Shown one piece after another: positions 12,173-23,317 of a stretch of 64,000 nt of DNA (within the stretch, counting starts at the first letter, position 1; every line of letters begins with the position of its first letter). Below the pieces are notes generated by a model. The model had not been told where the DNA came from, did not search any database, and saw only the letters and a program-made list of their open reading frames with translations. A program made the translations under genes and the position numbers. Source of the stretch: Oopsacas minuta. Lineage: Eukaryota > Animalia > Porifera. The stretch lies in contig JAKMXF010000309.1 in assembly GCA_024704765.1 (NCBI GenBank), forward strand, positions 1-64,000, read 5' to 3'.

Positions 12173-13505
12173 CAGGGTGTTTCACAATTGATGTCGTATT
12201 TTCTAAATTTGTTTATTATGCACCCATGCAATAATATCTGTGTATTTAAACTTGCAATCTAATTAATCTTACAGGGTTCTATTGAGTAATTATTTCATTC
12301 ATCAATCGAAACATTTTATAGCTTCTATTTCCATATCCAAATTGGGCTAATTATTTGCATAATATAATGGTGAAAGAATACAGTATCATGATTCGCTCAC
12401 ACGCTGTTGGCATACTACAAGCTGGCTCTTCTCAGAAGTTTGTGTCTCTTAAACTTGGAGTTAATATCCGTACAGTTCAGCGTTGGTGACGACTTTTCAA
12501 GAATGATTTGACATTAGAAAACAAAGGGGGACGTGGCCGTAAATCGTCCATATCGAAAGTTGCCAAGATTGTAATTACTAAATCAATTGGCAAAAAACGA
12601 CAGTCTGTACGTGGTCTATCCAAGAAATTAAAGTTGAAAGGTCATTTCGTATCTCAGAGTACAGTGTACCGTTATTTGACAAAAGAAAAGGGCGTAAATC
12701 TTACAAACGCCAGCGGCAGCCGTTAATAACAGAGAAAACATGGCTGCTAGGTTAAAATTTTGTAAAGAACGTGTCAATTGGACAGCAAATGATTGGAAAA
12801 ACATATTATTTACAGATGAATCACCGTTTGAGTTAAATCATCCCCCAAACAGGAAAAATGATTGTGTTTGGGCGAGAAACGCATTGGATGTCGAGCCCGT
12901 TCAGATGGTGAAATTTCCAAAGAAAATTCAAGTATAGGGTATGATGTCACATCGTGCACTGTCGGAGTTACATTTCATTCCCGTTGGACAAACTGTATCT
13001 GCAGAGTACTATGTTAGTGAGATACTGGGTAAAACTTTAATGTCTACAATGAACAGAAAGCGAGAAAGAGGCACAGTTGTTGAGAGGAAAATGTTAAAAA
13101 ATATGTCCCGTGCGATATTTCAACAAGATGGCGCTCCAGCTCACACGGTAAACATGACACAAAATTGGTTGAGAAGTAACCTAAAGAGTTTTTGGGCGAA
13201 AGGTACCTGGCCAGCCAACTCTCCAGACTTGAGTCCCATTGAGAACATATGGTCGATTTTGAAAGATGATCTAGATTCAATAGGTGAGATAAAAGACATA
13301 AAAATGTTGGAAAATCGACTGAAAACAGCATGGTCCAATATTTCACCAGAGGTTTTGGATAAATTGATGGATGGAATGCCAAAACGAATCCATAAGTGTA
13401 TTGAACTTAGTGGTGGATATATTGGCAAATAATTGTAGTAATATATCTAGTATTCTATTAGTTATGTAATATTGTATAACACGACATCAATTGTGAAACA
13501 CCCTG
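12173..13505 (+). mobile_element. Tc1/mariner transposon, DD37E type, 1333 bp, inactive
   Basis: Perfect 25-bp TIRs CAGGGTGTTTCACAATTGATGTCGT (12173-12197; 13481-13505) with TA on both sides. Confidence 0.95.
12367..13432 (+). pseudogene. Tc1-like DD37E transposase
   Basis: MVKEYS...; LFTDESPF, FQQDGAPAH, WPANSPDLSPIEN, with 37 residues between the second D and the E. In-frame stops at 12487 (TGA) and 12935 (TAG) lie at probable Trp codons; two -1 shifts at ~12700-12740. Confidence 0.9.
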
Positions 13506-13738
13506 TAGATAACTGTAACTCCGTTATATTCAACACGGATATATCTAAGTAGTTGAGCGCAATTCGCTTTTTATCCGCTTAAGTTTGGAGAACGATCGCT
13601 CACCGGTTCAAGTGCTAACCATAAGGCATATATATATATGCGCAGTGTTATATTTAGGTTTGGGAATGCCTCGCAAAGACCATGCTGCTGGGATAGCATT
13701 CGATACATGAATAGTTCTATACTACATTCAAGGATATA

Positions 13739-14642
13739 CAGTCAAGGGACAAAAGTATTCGACCACACAAATATATTGTCATATATTGTACACTCTTTCC
13801 CACTTGTATATATTGTATAGTCTATATTCGTAGCTGCAATCTAGTGATTTGTATAGAATAACATATGTTTTTCAAGAATTTCAAAAAATATTTTCACTTT
13901 CCACTTTGTGAAGGTGTTAATTATTAATAATTATTAAATAATCATTGATAATCAAAATATGTGGTAATTCAAAGCCTATAAAGAATAATAATTTCTGACT
14001 TGATATTTGAATTCTACGTAGGCGAGTTACCCCAGATTGAAAGTTTCAATGGGATTGAACAATTTTTGCCAAAGTTATAGAAGAATTTCAATTTGTGCCA
14101 CTTGTGCCACCTTTTGCAAAAGGTGGCACAAGTGGCCGCTACCAAGAGGTTATTTTGGAATTCCTGGGTTAGCATAGTCATATCAATCGAAAATATTAAT
14201 TAGACTTATTCCTCCTAACTCTAGTTGATTTCCTTGTAGTGACACTTTTCCTGCCACCTGTGTCACTTTGTTGCAAAGAGTGGCACAAATTGAAATTCTT
14301 CTATAACTTTGACAGAAATTGTTCAATCCCATTGAAACTTGTAATCTGGGGTAACTCGCCTACGTAGAATTCAAATATCAAGTCAGAGATTATTGATTCT
14401 TAATTAGCTTTTAATTATCATATATTTGATTATCAATGATTATCTAATGATTATTAATAATTAACACCTTCACAAAGTGTAAATCAAAAAAAATTTTTGA
14501 GATTCTGGAAAAATACATGTTATTCTATGCAAATTATTAGATTGCAGCTACGAATATAGACTACACAATATATACGAGTGGGAAAGAGTATACAATTTAT
14601 GGCAATATATTTGTGTGCTCGAATACTTTTGTCCCCTGACTG
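13739..14642. mobile_element. 904-bp foldback/MITE with ~370-bp inverted arms and Tc1-like termini
   Basis: TA|CAGTCAAGGGACAAAAGTATTCGACCACAC ... GTGTGCTCGAATACTTTTGTCCCCTGACTG|TA. The arms mirror each other throughout (e.g. GAATTCTACGTAGGCGAGTTACCCCAGATT and its reverse complement). Confidence 0.9.
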
Positions 14643-14662
14643 TATATAGTATATACATATCG

Positions 14663-15898
14663 ACTAGGGCTTCTAGGCATAGAAAGTTAAGAGATTTATA
14701 ATTTAAGATACAGTGGAAGCCGCTTAATCGGGACAGCTCGTGAGTCAATGTTTTGTCCCGATTAACCGATTATGATTATTGAAGTATTCAAAACTAGTTT
14801 TTCATTGTCACATGACCAGATATATCTTATTTCTCTATTACTAATCCTGATTTCTCTAGGTCTAGTAGAGATTTGGTTGTAGTATGGGTATAGTTCCGCT
14901 TCAAGAGGTCATAGAATGCGTTACGATATGTACTTAGAATGTAAGAAAATATAGTTTAAATAATTCTGCTTGTGTTTATTACCGCAACCCATGCAAAACG
15001 TTTGGATATCCAACAGTCTGGTCATTATTGAGGGAATTATACACGGTGGAATAGCCAATGAAACCTGAGGCGAGTGAGCAATGTTAATAATCTTAGTTTA
15101 GTAAATGGTAATCGCATCGGTGTTGTATTGTTATATTTGTAGAGAATATTCAAATTCCTAGTTTTAAAACAAACCCCATTTTACAATGATTCTGAATAAA
15201 TTTACAATCGTTTAATTGCTATAGAAATCCCAATTAAGCGAATACAATTAATATCCGGTTAACCGGGATAAGAAATCCTGAATAACCGATTATGAACTTA
15301 CAAATATTCGGGTAATCGGGATAAAAAATCCCGATTAACCGATTCGATGTCCCAATTATCCGACAATTTTTCTATGTAAAAAAACTGTTCCCAAACTATT
15401 GACGCGTTTAAGCGGATATCCCGATTATCCGAGTTCCGATTAAGCGGCTTCCACTGATCAAGTGAGACTCTTGAGGTGAAACCCGAAATCTAAATCAGAA
15501 TGTCCTATTAAGAAACAGGGAAATTTTATCCATATATGCTAAGACCGCGAGGCCGGATGAAAGTCGAGGCTGGGTGCCAAGGCTCCTTTGGCACCATGGT
15601 TAATCCGTTACTGAGCAAACCGTAAGTATAGTTTATTTTTGGCTAATTTGTTCACTATATATTCATTAAACAACAATAAATTTCCATATAAGAAATTTGA
15701 AAGTGTGAAAATCGGATTCAGCATCTTCGATTTAGTTAGTGAAGTTTTATCGATTTCTATTTACTTCCTTGATAAACACAATGAATACATAGTTATGTGA
15801 CAATTTCAAAATTGCATTCCGTAAATTCTTTCCTTCACAACGGACAAACAAACAAACAAACAATCAAACAGACTCCAATTGAGATCTAATAATATAGA
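14663..15898 (-). mobile_element. Helitron-like non-autonomous repeat (other copies: ~31590-32074 minus, from 25747 plus, from 49422 plus)
   Basis: 5' end A|TCT(A/C)TATTAT..ATCT(C/T)AATTG followed by a (TTTG)n tract in all four copies. Putative 3' end CTAG|T at 14663-14666. Internal hairpin GGTGCCAAGG-ctc-CTTTGGCACC at 15573-15595 and 31752-31774. No canonical hairpin directly beside the 3' end. Confidence 0.5.
14711..15456. mobile_element. pogo/Tigger-like MITE, 746 bp (partial reverse copy ~26340-26492)
   Basis: TIRs CAGTGGAAGCCGCTTAATCGG / CCGATTAAGCGGCTTCCACTG, TA on the left. The paralogous empty site is at 31636-31637. Confidence 0.9.
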
Positions 15899-17252
15899 TT
15901 ATCGTTAGTTGCATTTATCTAATACAGCGCGATTCTCATATTAGGTCGCTGTATGACTGGCTGAAGTATCTTGAAGCATTGTTCCTTGTTTCAGAATGAG
16001 TATGAGACAGTTACAGTTATAGTTATCTGTGCTTTTGGGTCGCTACGCCACGGGATATCTCTGCACTACGTTCTTCGAGGTATTTGGCAGAAATTATAAT
16101 TTTTATCATCCATGGTCCATCCAAATTCTATTTAACGGCCTTCTGTGGTTTCAAAGATAAGAGTATTGAGAATGTAATTTTGGCATCATTTAGTCGATTT
16201 CTCTATGATATATTAATAATATATTTTCGCGCTGCTACCCCTTCAGAGATAAATACACCAAATTTGGCATGTGTACTCCTAATGACCTCTAGTTATGTAC
16301 CTGACATTTTAAATTTCCCATATGTATATTTCACACATTTTGATACCTCTGTATTTTAGTCCAATCAGATTGTCGGGTTTTACAATTTGTTACAAATACA
16401 TATAATTCCGCACTTTAATCTATTTTATCCATGTAGACTACAATATATATCTACATGATTTATCATATGATGAATAATTACACAAACAAATAATCCTGAG
16501 CTGCACCCACTCCCAGTCTGTCAGCTGGACATTTTAGTATTTGAAAGGATAGGATATTCAAATGTCAAAATAAAACCTGCGACAAATTTACGCTAAATAC
16601 AAAATTATACGAAAAAAGAAAAGGTATCTTGTATAGTACTAATATTAAAGTGGTACGTACAGGTTCTAGCTATCCATAAGGGATACTAAATGGGAGTTAC
16701 ACATAATAATAGCCCTTACGTTCTGAAAGATTTACATTTTATGGAAATGACAGGCACAAGAAAATGTCTTGATTTCAATTAAATTATTTTTATATTAACT
16801 GAGTATGGTTTTACAACAATAAAGAATTATGACTCTACCAGATCTGTAATTGCCAAATTATCCACAATCTATGTGAAGACCAACATTTCACAAAGTCTAG
16901 AATCTATTTGACAAAACTGCTTCAAGAAAGATTTTGTTCGTTCTATTGTGTATGTATTTATCGACAAATCGTGGAATTTTGTAAATACACTGGATTTCCT
17001 AGTTTTACATTAAAATACAGAAGGAAACTGAGCTATTCTTTGGGAAAAGGGCACATGCATTTTCTGGGATTTTAAATTATTTACTGTATTTTTTAAGAGT
17101 ATAGGATAATCTATGTATCCTGGCTACGTCTCTGAATGGGAGTTATTCGTTATTCCCATGGATGTTATTGTTAATACGGAGTACATACATCGACGCTGTT
17201 CTATTAACGTTGCACTGTTTTTCATAAAACCATTGTCTCTATCGAATATATA

Positions 17253-17421
17253 CAGTCAACTCCTGTTATATCAAACGCAGATACATCCAAATACCGATTA
17301 TATTGAAGTCTTAAATTATTTACAAATATGGCCTCAAACCGTCAAAGCAATATATATTACATGATTTGTATCGCAGTATTTATCACGGCCACTTGAGGTT
17401 CGATATACCAGGAGTTGACTG
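17253..17421. mobile_element. 169-bp TA-flanked MITE in the B-type NHL promoter (copies 30035-30204, 41088-41256)
   Basis: TA|CAGTCAACTCCTGTTATATCAAAC ... GTTCGATATACCAGGAGTTGACTG|TA, ending ~143 bp before the ATG in all three B-type promoters visible. Confidence 0.85.
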
Positions 17422-17564
17422 TATTGAATAACTTGTATTACTTTAATATCCATAACAATCTATTTGTATTGTATATAATGCTATAGTATTATATTACATT
17501 GAAAGTATTCTTATTCTATTTATATCAATTTTAGTTTAATAAGCTTATAATTAAGATTTGTAGA

Positions 17565-18476
17565 ATGGCTACTGCTCATAGAGAAGATGCAGATCATGGA
17601 GAAGATAACTTTATTCTAGAAATACATCGAATAAAGGAGAGAATTCAAATTATAGCTGGAGCAATCGATTATACAAATAAGAAACAACCTTTAGTTCGTG
17701 TTTGTGAGAGAGCAGAAGGAACTGCTCAACTTAACTTTCCACTAGGCGTTGTTTTAGATGAGAACACAGGAGATATTTATATAACAGATCGATGGAATCA
17801 CTGTGTTAAAGTGTTTGACACTACTGCTAAGTATTTATTCAAATTCGGAGACAGTAAAGGTGAAAGTATGATGTACTACCCGAGAGGTTCAACTATTTGT
17901 GGGAATAGAATACTTATTTCTCAATCTAATCACTGTATAATGAACTATCAACTTGATGGAAAGTTTATTTCCAAAGTTGGTACATTTGGAAAAGGAAATT
18001 TGGAGTTTAATTATCCTCAAGGTATAACAATCGATGAATTCAATAGAGATGTTTACATTTGTGATGAATATAACAATCGCATTCAAATACTCTCAGAAAA
18101 CCTTCATTACAAGTCACAGTTTGGTAAAGATATTCTCACAAAACCTCTTGAGGTCAAACTCAATCGAGACAATATTTTTATCCTGGATGAATCAAATCCT
18201 TGTCTACACATTTTCAATAAAGATCTTGTCCTACAGAAGAATATCATTTCTAAGGGAAAAGGACAGCAAGTGATATATCCCTGGTTCTTCTTTCTAGACA
18301 ATTCTGATAATATTTTAATCTCAGATTATTGTTCTAATTCTATTCGTATTTTCAATTCTAATTATGAATGTATCCACAAAATCTCTACTCCTGAACCAAC
18401 AGGAATTACATTAGATGACAAAGATAGAATTATTGTCGTGAGTGGAGCTAGTGAGAAATGTCTATTGATATTCTAA
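17565..18476 (+). CDS. B-type NHL-repeat protein B1 (short N-terminus + six-bladed propeller), 303 aa
   Basis: Intact intronless ORF MATAHREDADHGEDNF...IDYTNKKQPL...FNYPQGITID..YICDEYNNRIQIL...CLLIF*. Confidence 0.9.
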   Translation: MATAHREDADHGEDNFILEIHRIKERIQIIAGAIDYTNKKQPLVRVCERAEGTAQLNFPLGVVLDENTGDIYITDRWNHCVKVFDTTAKYLFKFGDSKGESMMYYPRGSTICGNRILISQSNHCIMNYQLDGKFISKVGTFGKGNLEFNYPQGITIDEFNRDVYICDEYNNRIQILSENLHYKSQFGKDILTKPLEVKLNRDNIFILDESNPCLHIFNKDLVLQKNIISKGKGQQVIYPWFFFLDNSDNILISDYCSNSIRIFNSNYECIHKISTPEPTGITLDDKDRIIVVSGASEKCLLIF

Positions 18477-18947
18477 TACTCTTAGATATTTACTACTTTA
18501 TGTTACCCATTTTTTTTACATTGTATTTGTTTTTATACTAAATATTTTGTCGTATTTCCAGTAATGAATCTTTACATTACTTTTACTATTCCTTTCGTCT
18601 CTAATCCATAATACTTTCCAGCCCTTAATGCCACGGTTCTAACCTCTATATTAATGAACTCCTTCATATAGACAGCAATACAATATTTGAGATACTGTGG
18701 GCACCCTCTGTCTACCAATTGTGGAAACCGCTGCCTTGTAACTTTTATACTTTAATTTCGGTCGTGCTTGTGGTACACAGGGATATATGCATATACATAT
18801 GTTTCAGGCATTTATCAGGGTGCCCCTGTGCTCAGGGGTTCTCATTTTGGAGAATTACTATGAGGCTACCAATGATTTGTACTATATTCACCTATACAGA
18901 GATAATGGACATTTCATTTGACTATGAAACAATTCCGCCTTGGTATA

Positions 18948-20258
18948 CAGGATGGCCAATAAGTTCTGGCACATAACTTTATATCGTACCAAAATCTTTC
19001 ATGATTTAGATTGATTGACGTTACTGGTTTGTATTTATTCTGTTATCTCTCGCAATACAATATTCATTGAAAAATACACTATTTGAACACCAGGAACAAA
19101 TTATCAGCTATGGAGAAAGAATGGTCGGCGATTGTTGAATTATTTCAAAAAGGGAAAAAACAAAAAGAAATAATGAAACTTTTAAAAATTCCACAGACAC
19201 GTCGGAATTTCGTAATCCGTACGATAAAACGCTTCAATGAGACTGGTGGCGTGATGGACAGAGCCAGAACTGGTCGCCCGGTCTCCATCACGACCGTAAA
19301 GATGCGAAAGGTAGTGCGGAGTCGAGTGTGGCGAAATCCTCAGCGATCGATCAGAAAAATGGCTAAAGAACTGAAAATATCCCGTGGATCTCTTCAAACG
19401 ATTGTCAAGAGAGACTTAGGGCTATCTTCGTTTAAGAAAAGGAAAGTCCATTTCCTTTCAGACAAAATAAAGACAAAGAGGCTCTCAAGAAGCAAAGTCC
19501 TCCATACACGATTCGCAGCCCAGGGACTGGATCGAGTCCTTTTCTCCGATAAAAAACTTTTCACCGTTGAACAAGCATTCAATCGTCAAAACGATAGAAT
19601 ATTATCTAAAAGCACTTCTACTATCCCTGATGAGTACAGGTACGTCAAAAGAGTCCAGAAACCACTCTCGTTGATGGTTTGGGCCGGAGTATCTTCTGTT
19701 GGCCGGACACCACTGGTTTTCGTCCCTGCAGGGGTCAAAATAAATGCTGCAACGTATAAGGAGCTCATTTTACAGTCCATTGTGAAAGATCTTGGTGAGA
19801 TGATGTTTGAAAACCAGCCGTTCATATTCCAACAAGACGGTGCTCCTGCCCATACAGCAAACAGTACTCAGGAATGGCTTTGGACAAATATTCCTGACTT
19901 TATCTCAAAGGTAGAATGGCCGCCGTCTAGCCCAGACCTTAATCCTCTAGATTTCTCAGTGTGGTCCATTTTAGAGTCAAGTGCTTGCTCGAAGCCCATA
20001 ACAGTATTGAGTCTCTAAAGCAATCTCTGACGAGAGAATGGGAAAAAATCCCACAGTAGATGCTGCGTACCGCAGTGTGGGCAGTCCCCGGGCGTCTGAA
20101 GGCTGTTATCAAAAAGAAAGGCGGATACATAGAATAGAGATTGTGCACAATAAAACTCATAATGCCAAACTACTTATGCTAAAATATCAACTCAATATAA
20201 TGAATATTAGTTAAATTATAGTAGTTTTTCTATGTGCCAGAACTTATTGGCCACCCTG
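18948..20258 (+). mobile_element. Tc1/mariner transposon, DD37D (maT-like), 1311 bp, inactive
   Basis: 28-bp TIRs CAGG(A/G)TGGCCAATAAGTTCTGGCACATA with a TA duplication. The empty site is visible in intact MSMO1 (CCTTGGTATAAGCTTT, ~36967-36982). Confidence 0.96.
19110..20137 (+). pseudogene. maT-like DD37D transposase
   Basis: LFSDKKLF (normally SDEK), FQQDGAPAH, WPPSSPDLNPLD with D-37-D spacing. A -1 shift at ~19997 and a TAG at ~20057 precede the natural end KKGGYIE*. Confidence 0.9.
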
Positions 20259-21956
20259 TAAGCTTTGCCTCAAATCATTTATATGTTTATTAATTGAGGA
20301 TTCCTGGCATTACTTTTCTCATCGTTTCCTACTCCATGGTGCTCTTTACAAACAAGTTCATAAGATCCATCATAATTTCCATGCGCCTTTTGATTTAGCC
20401 GCGGAGTATGCACATCCGGTTGAGATAATCCTTTTATCGGGTGGATTTTTGTCGGAATCGTACTCTTTTGTGATCACCTAATCTTCATGTGGGTGTGGAT
20501 GTGTTTGAGACTGCTAGTTGTAGTAGATGCACATACCGGATATAACCACTGGCAGCCCCTACATATACTTCCGTTCTATGGCGGTGCTCATTTTCATGAT
20601 TTCCATCATAGAACGTTTGATGGAAATTTCGCTTCAACATTCACTTATTTGGATAAACTCTTTGGAACAGTTTGCCAGTACCGAAATTTTTACAAGGAAT
20701 TAGAGATGAAGGAGTAGGATAAATATTATTGTTATTCTTTAGGTTACTTCTTGTTTTGTGTTTATTCTCTAGGTGACAAACAATGAATGTTTTAATCATA
20801 TGATAAATCTGTATACTACTCGTAACTATTATGCTCTGAAAAAATATCGAATATTGAAATCTTACATAGAAAGTGTGAAAATATGATTGTCTTGAGACAG
20901 GGCATTTCGTGCATGTATTATATCATTTAGTTTTTGTGATGTTTTACTGGTTGAATTTTCAATGATTTCAGTTGGTAAATCTGGTAGTGGATCTGGTATT
21001 TGACATTTTGACATTTCATCTTTGTTTTGTGATTGTTTTTGGGGTGTTACTTACTTGTTTTTGTTTACTGTTTCTGTGTACAATTATTCTTGGTGTTATG
21101 GATTGCATGTGGTTGGAGTTATTTAACACCAGTGGGCCTTGGATCGATATTGGAAGTATTTGTTGATATTGAAAGAGACTTGATCTATTCTTGGGTAATT
21201 GTGAGCCATTGATGGAGTAATGTTAAGCTTTTGGAGACGTGAAGTTGGTTGTGAAGGTGAAGATACTTGAGGTTGCTGTTGGTGTCTTGTTATCTTATTC
21301 TTAATGTTGAGGATATTATTGCCTTTAGCTTTACGTTGAGATGGTGGTAGGTAGCTAGAAATGACGTAATAATAATATGCAATGATTGCACAGTATTGAC
21401 AGATCAAGAACAAAGTTCATATTTTTACTAGAAACTTTTGGCTTGAACTTGGCATGAACTTTGTACATGTGAGCACACAACATCTAGCAACACTGGATTG
21501 CACAGACATAAATTTGAATAGAAAAGTCAATATACAGGTAAACCTCCGAGATACGGCATCACCTGAAAAATAATTTTGTGCTGTATCTCAGAGGTTGCCC
21601 TTATACACGCTCCATATGCGCTATATTTTAAGGACGAATAATCAGATGTTAACAATAATACGCATTACTAATGGTTATTGAAAACAGATTAACCGAGGAG
21701 GAAGTTTTGTCCTAGAGATTCCATGTGTCTACAGTCTACAATAAATATGGACATAAGATGTAAATAGAAAATGAATGATATTGTGGCCCCCCAGTCTTCA
21801 GACAGACTCCTCTAAGGCAAAACACCCCCGGGAGGCAAAAACACGATTTCAACTATTCATTAAGATACGAACATTTCGCTAGAGACATATATTGAATCAG
21901 ATCATTTGAGGCACTCCTCGAGTTGTTGGAGTGGAGATTTGCCATGGATTAGTGCA

Positions 21957-22395
21957 GCGGTTCTCAAACTTTTCACCCGTGAACCGCTCTTAAGGCATTA
22001 GTCGATCGTGTTAAACAAGATCGCGATCCCGATCATTTTCCGATCGTTTGTCTATTATTCAAGACATATATTTTTGATAGTTACATCATTTCTTATGCCA
22101 AAAGAAACTTAGTTGCGAATCAACGCATTCTACGAACGAATATTGCTGATTGTTGGACACAAATTTGCAACAATTACCTAAGTATAAATAACGCTAATGA
22201 TAGTAGCATTCATAGTATAAACAAATGATCGAAAAATTTTGTGCCAAAAAAGGATCGCGATCTTACATCTGATCCTTAATAAAGCAATGATCACACATTC
22301 CTCCCATAGACTGCAATTTGAGATCCTGTGGATCCCCTACTGCGTCCGTGGACCAACAAGAGAGTCCATGGACCACATTTTGGGAACGAAATGTC
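21957..22395. mobile_element. Degenerate Buster-type hAT MITE (duplicate at ~38670-39108)
   Basis: Left CAGCGGTTCTCAAACTTTT; right ...CCGTGGACC..GTCCATGGACCACATTTTGGGAAC, like Buster right ends. No clean TSD. Confidence 0.45.
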
Positions 22396-23317
22396 GGATT
22401 CCCCAACATTCCTTATGACCAATTTCCATCAATGGTACCAAACACAGACTTCTTCCTCTTCTGCTCTCTCCCTCTCACACATTTCCATAAAATCCTTATC
22501 ACTCAATTAACCAGCAATACAAGAATCAGATAACTCAGATCTCAATCTATCTATCTCTACCATACAGGCCGTATGTTGGGAAAGATAGACTTGAAAAATT
22601 TGGAAATAAATTCAGTTCATCTTCAACTTCAAATCACAATAGAATTCTTGTAGAATTGTATGTGCATTTTCCATTCCCTAATCGATAATTGTTCAGTTTG
22701 TACATTTAGAACCTCGAATTGGTGTGAGATTTCGCGAACTATTTGCTCAACTAGGTTGGTTTGAATTCCTTTTATCATTCAATTCTACTTTATACAATTT
22801 AAGATATGAATAATGGATCGATCGGCATTTGCATCAACTTCGAATGGATAAGTGTATTGATTGAGGTGTGAAATTTCGGTAGAATTAGAAGATTGTATTT
22901 GTAACTGTTCAGGAGTTAAAAATTTAGAAAATTGTCTCTAATTGCTCCCATTCATCATTAGCAGTGACGTCATCATGATCAATACTGATAGGTAGGGAAT
23001 GGAAATTGTGTTCTTAAGTTAGGTAAACATTTCTAAGTAATTAAAGTGTAATAAGTAACCCACCCATGTTGGGCAACGGAAGAGAGCAGGGTCCACAGTA
23101 TCTCAAATATTGCATTGCTGTCTATGGGAGAAGTTCATTAATATAGAGGTTAGGACGGTGGCATTAAGGGCTGGAAAGTATTATGGATTAGAGACGAAAG
23201 GAATAGTCAAAGTAAGGGAAAGATTCTTTACTCGAAATATGACAAAATATTTAGTGGAAAAAACTAATACAAAATGTAAAAAAATGGGTAACATAAAGTA
23301 GTAAATATCTAAGAGTA

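Larger units (their letters stand above)
14663..16300 (+). repeat. Segmental duplication with ~31590-32440
   Basis: The same Helitron-like element plus ~400 bp of shared flank (TTATCGTTAG..GCATTTATCTAATA..GGGTCGCTACGCCACGGGATATCTCTGCACTACG..). Confidence 0.85.
18866..20717 (+). pseudogene. MSMO1: 5'-truncated duplicate of MSMO1 interrupted by a maT transposon
   Basis: Homology to 36894-37433 starts at CTACCAATGATTTG (18866) and is broken at 18948-20258. There is a further -1 shift at ~20450; the stop is at 20715-20717. Confidence 0.92.

Noticed and set aside
12487-12937. Targeted G>A hypermutation (two probable TGG-to-stop changes in the DD37E transposase)
   Set aside because: Two events are too few without a consensus sequence for comparison.
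20972-21413. Duplicated small ORFs (also 37687-38128, 22318-22533, 39032-39247) as conserved genes
   Set aside because: Their identity is explained by the recent segmental duplication; no domain is recognisable.
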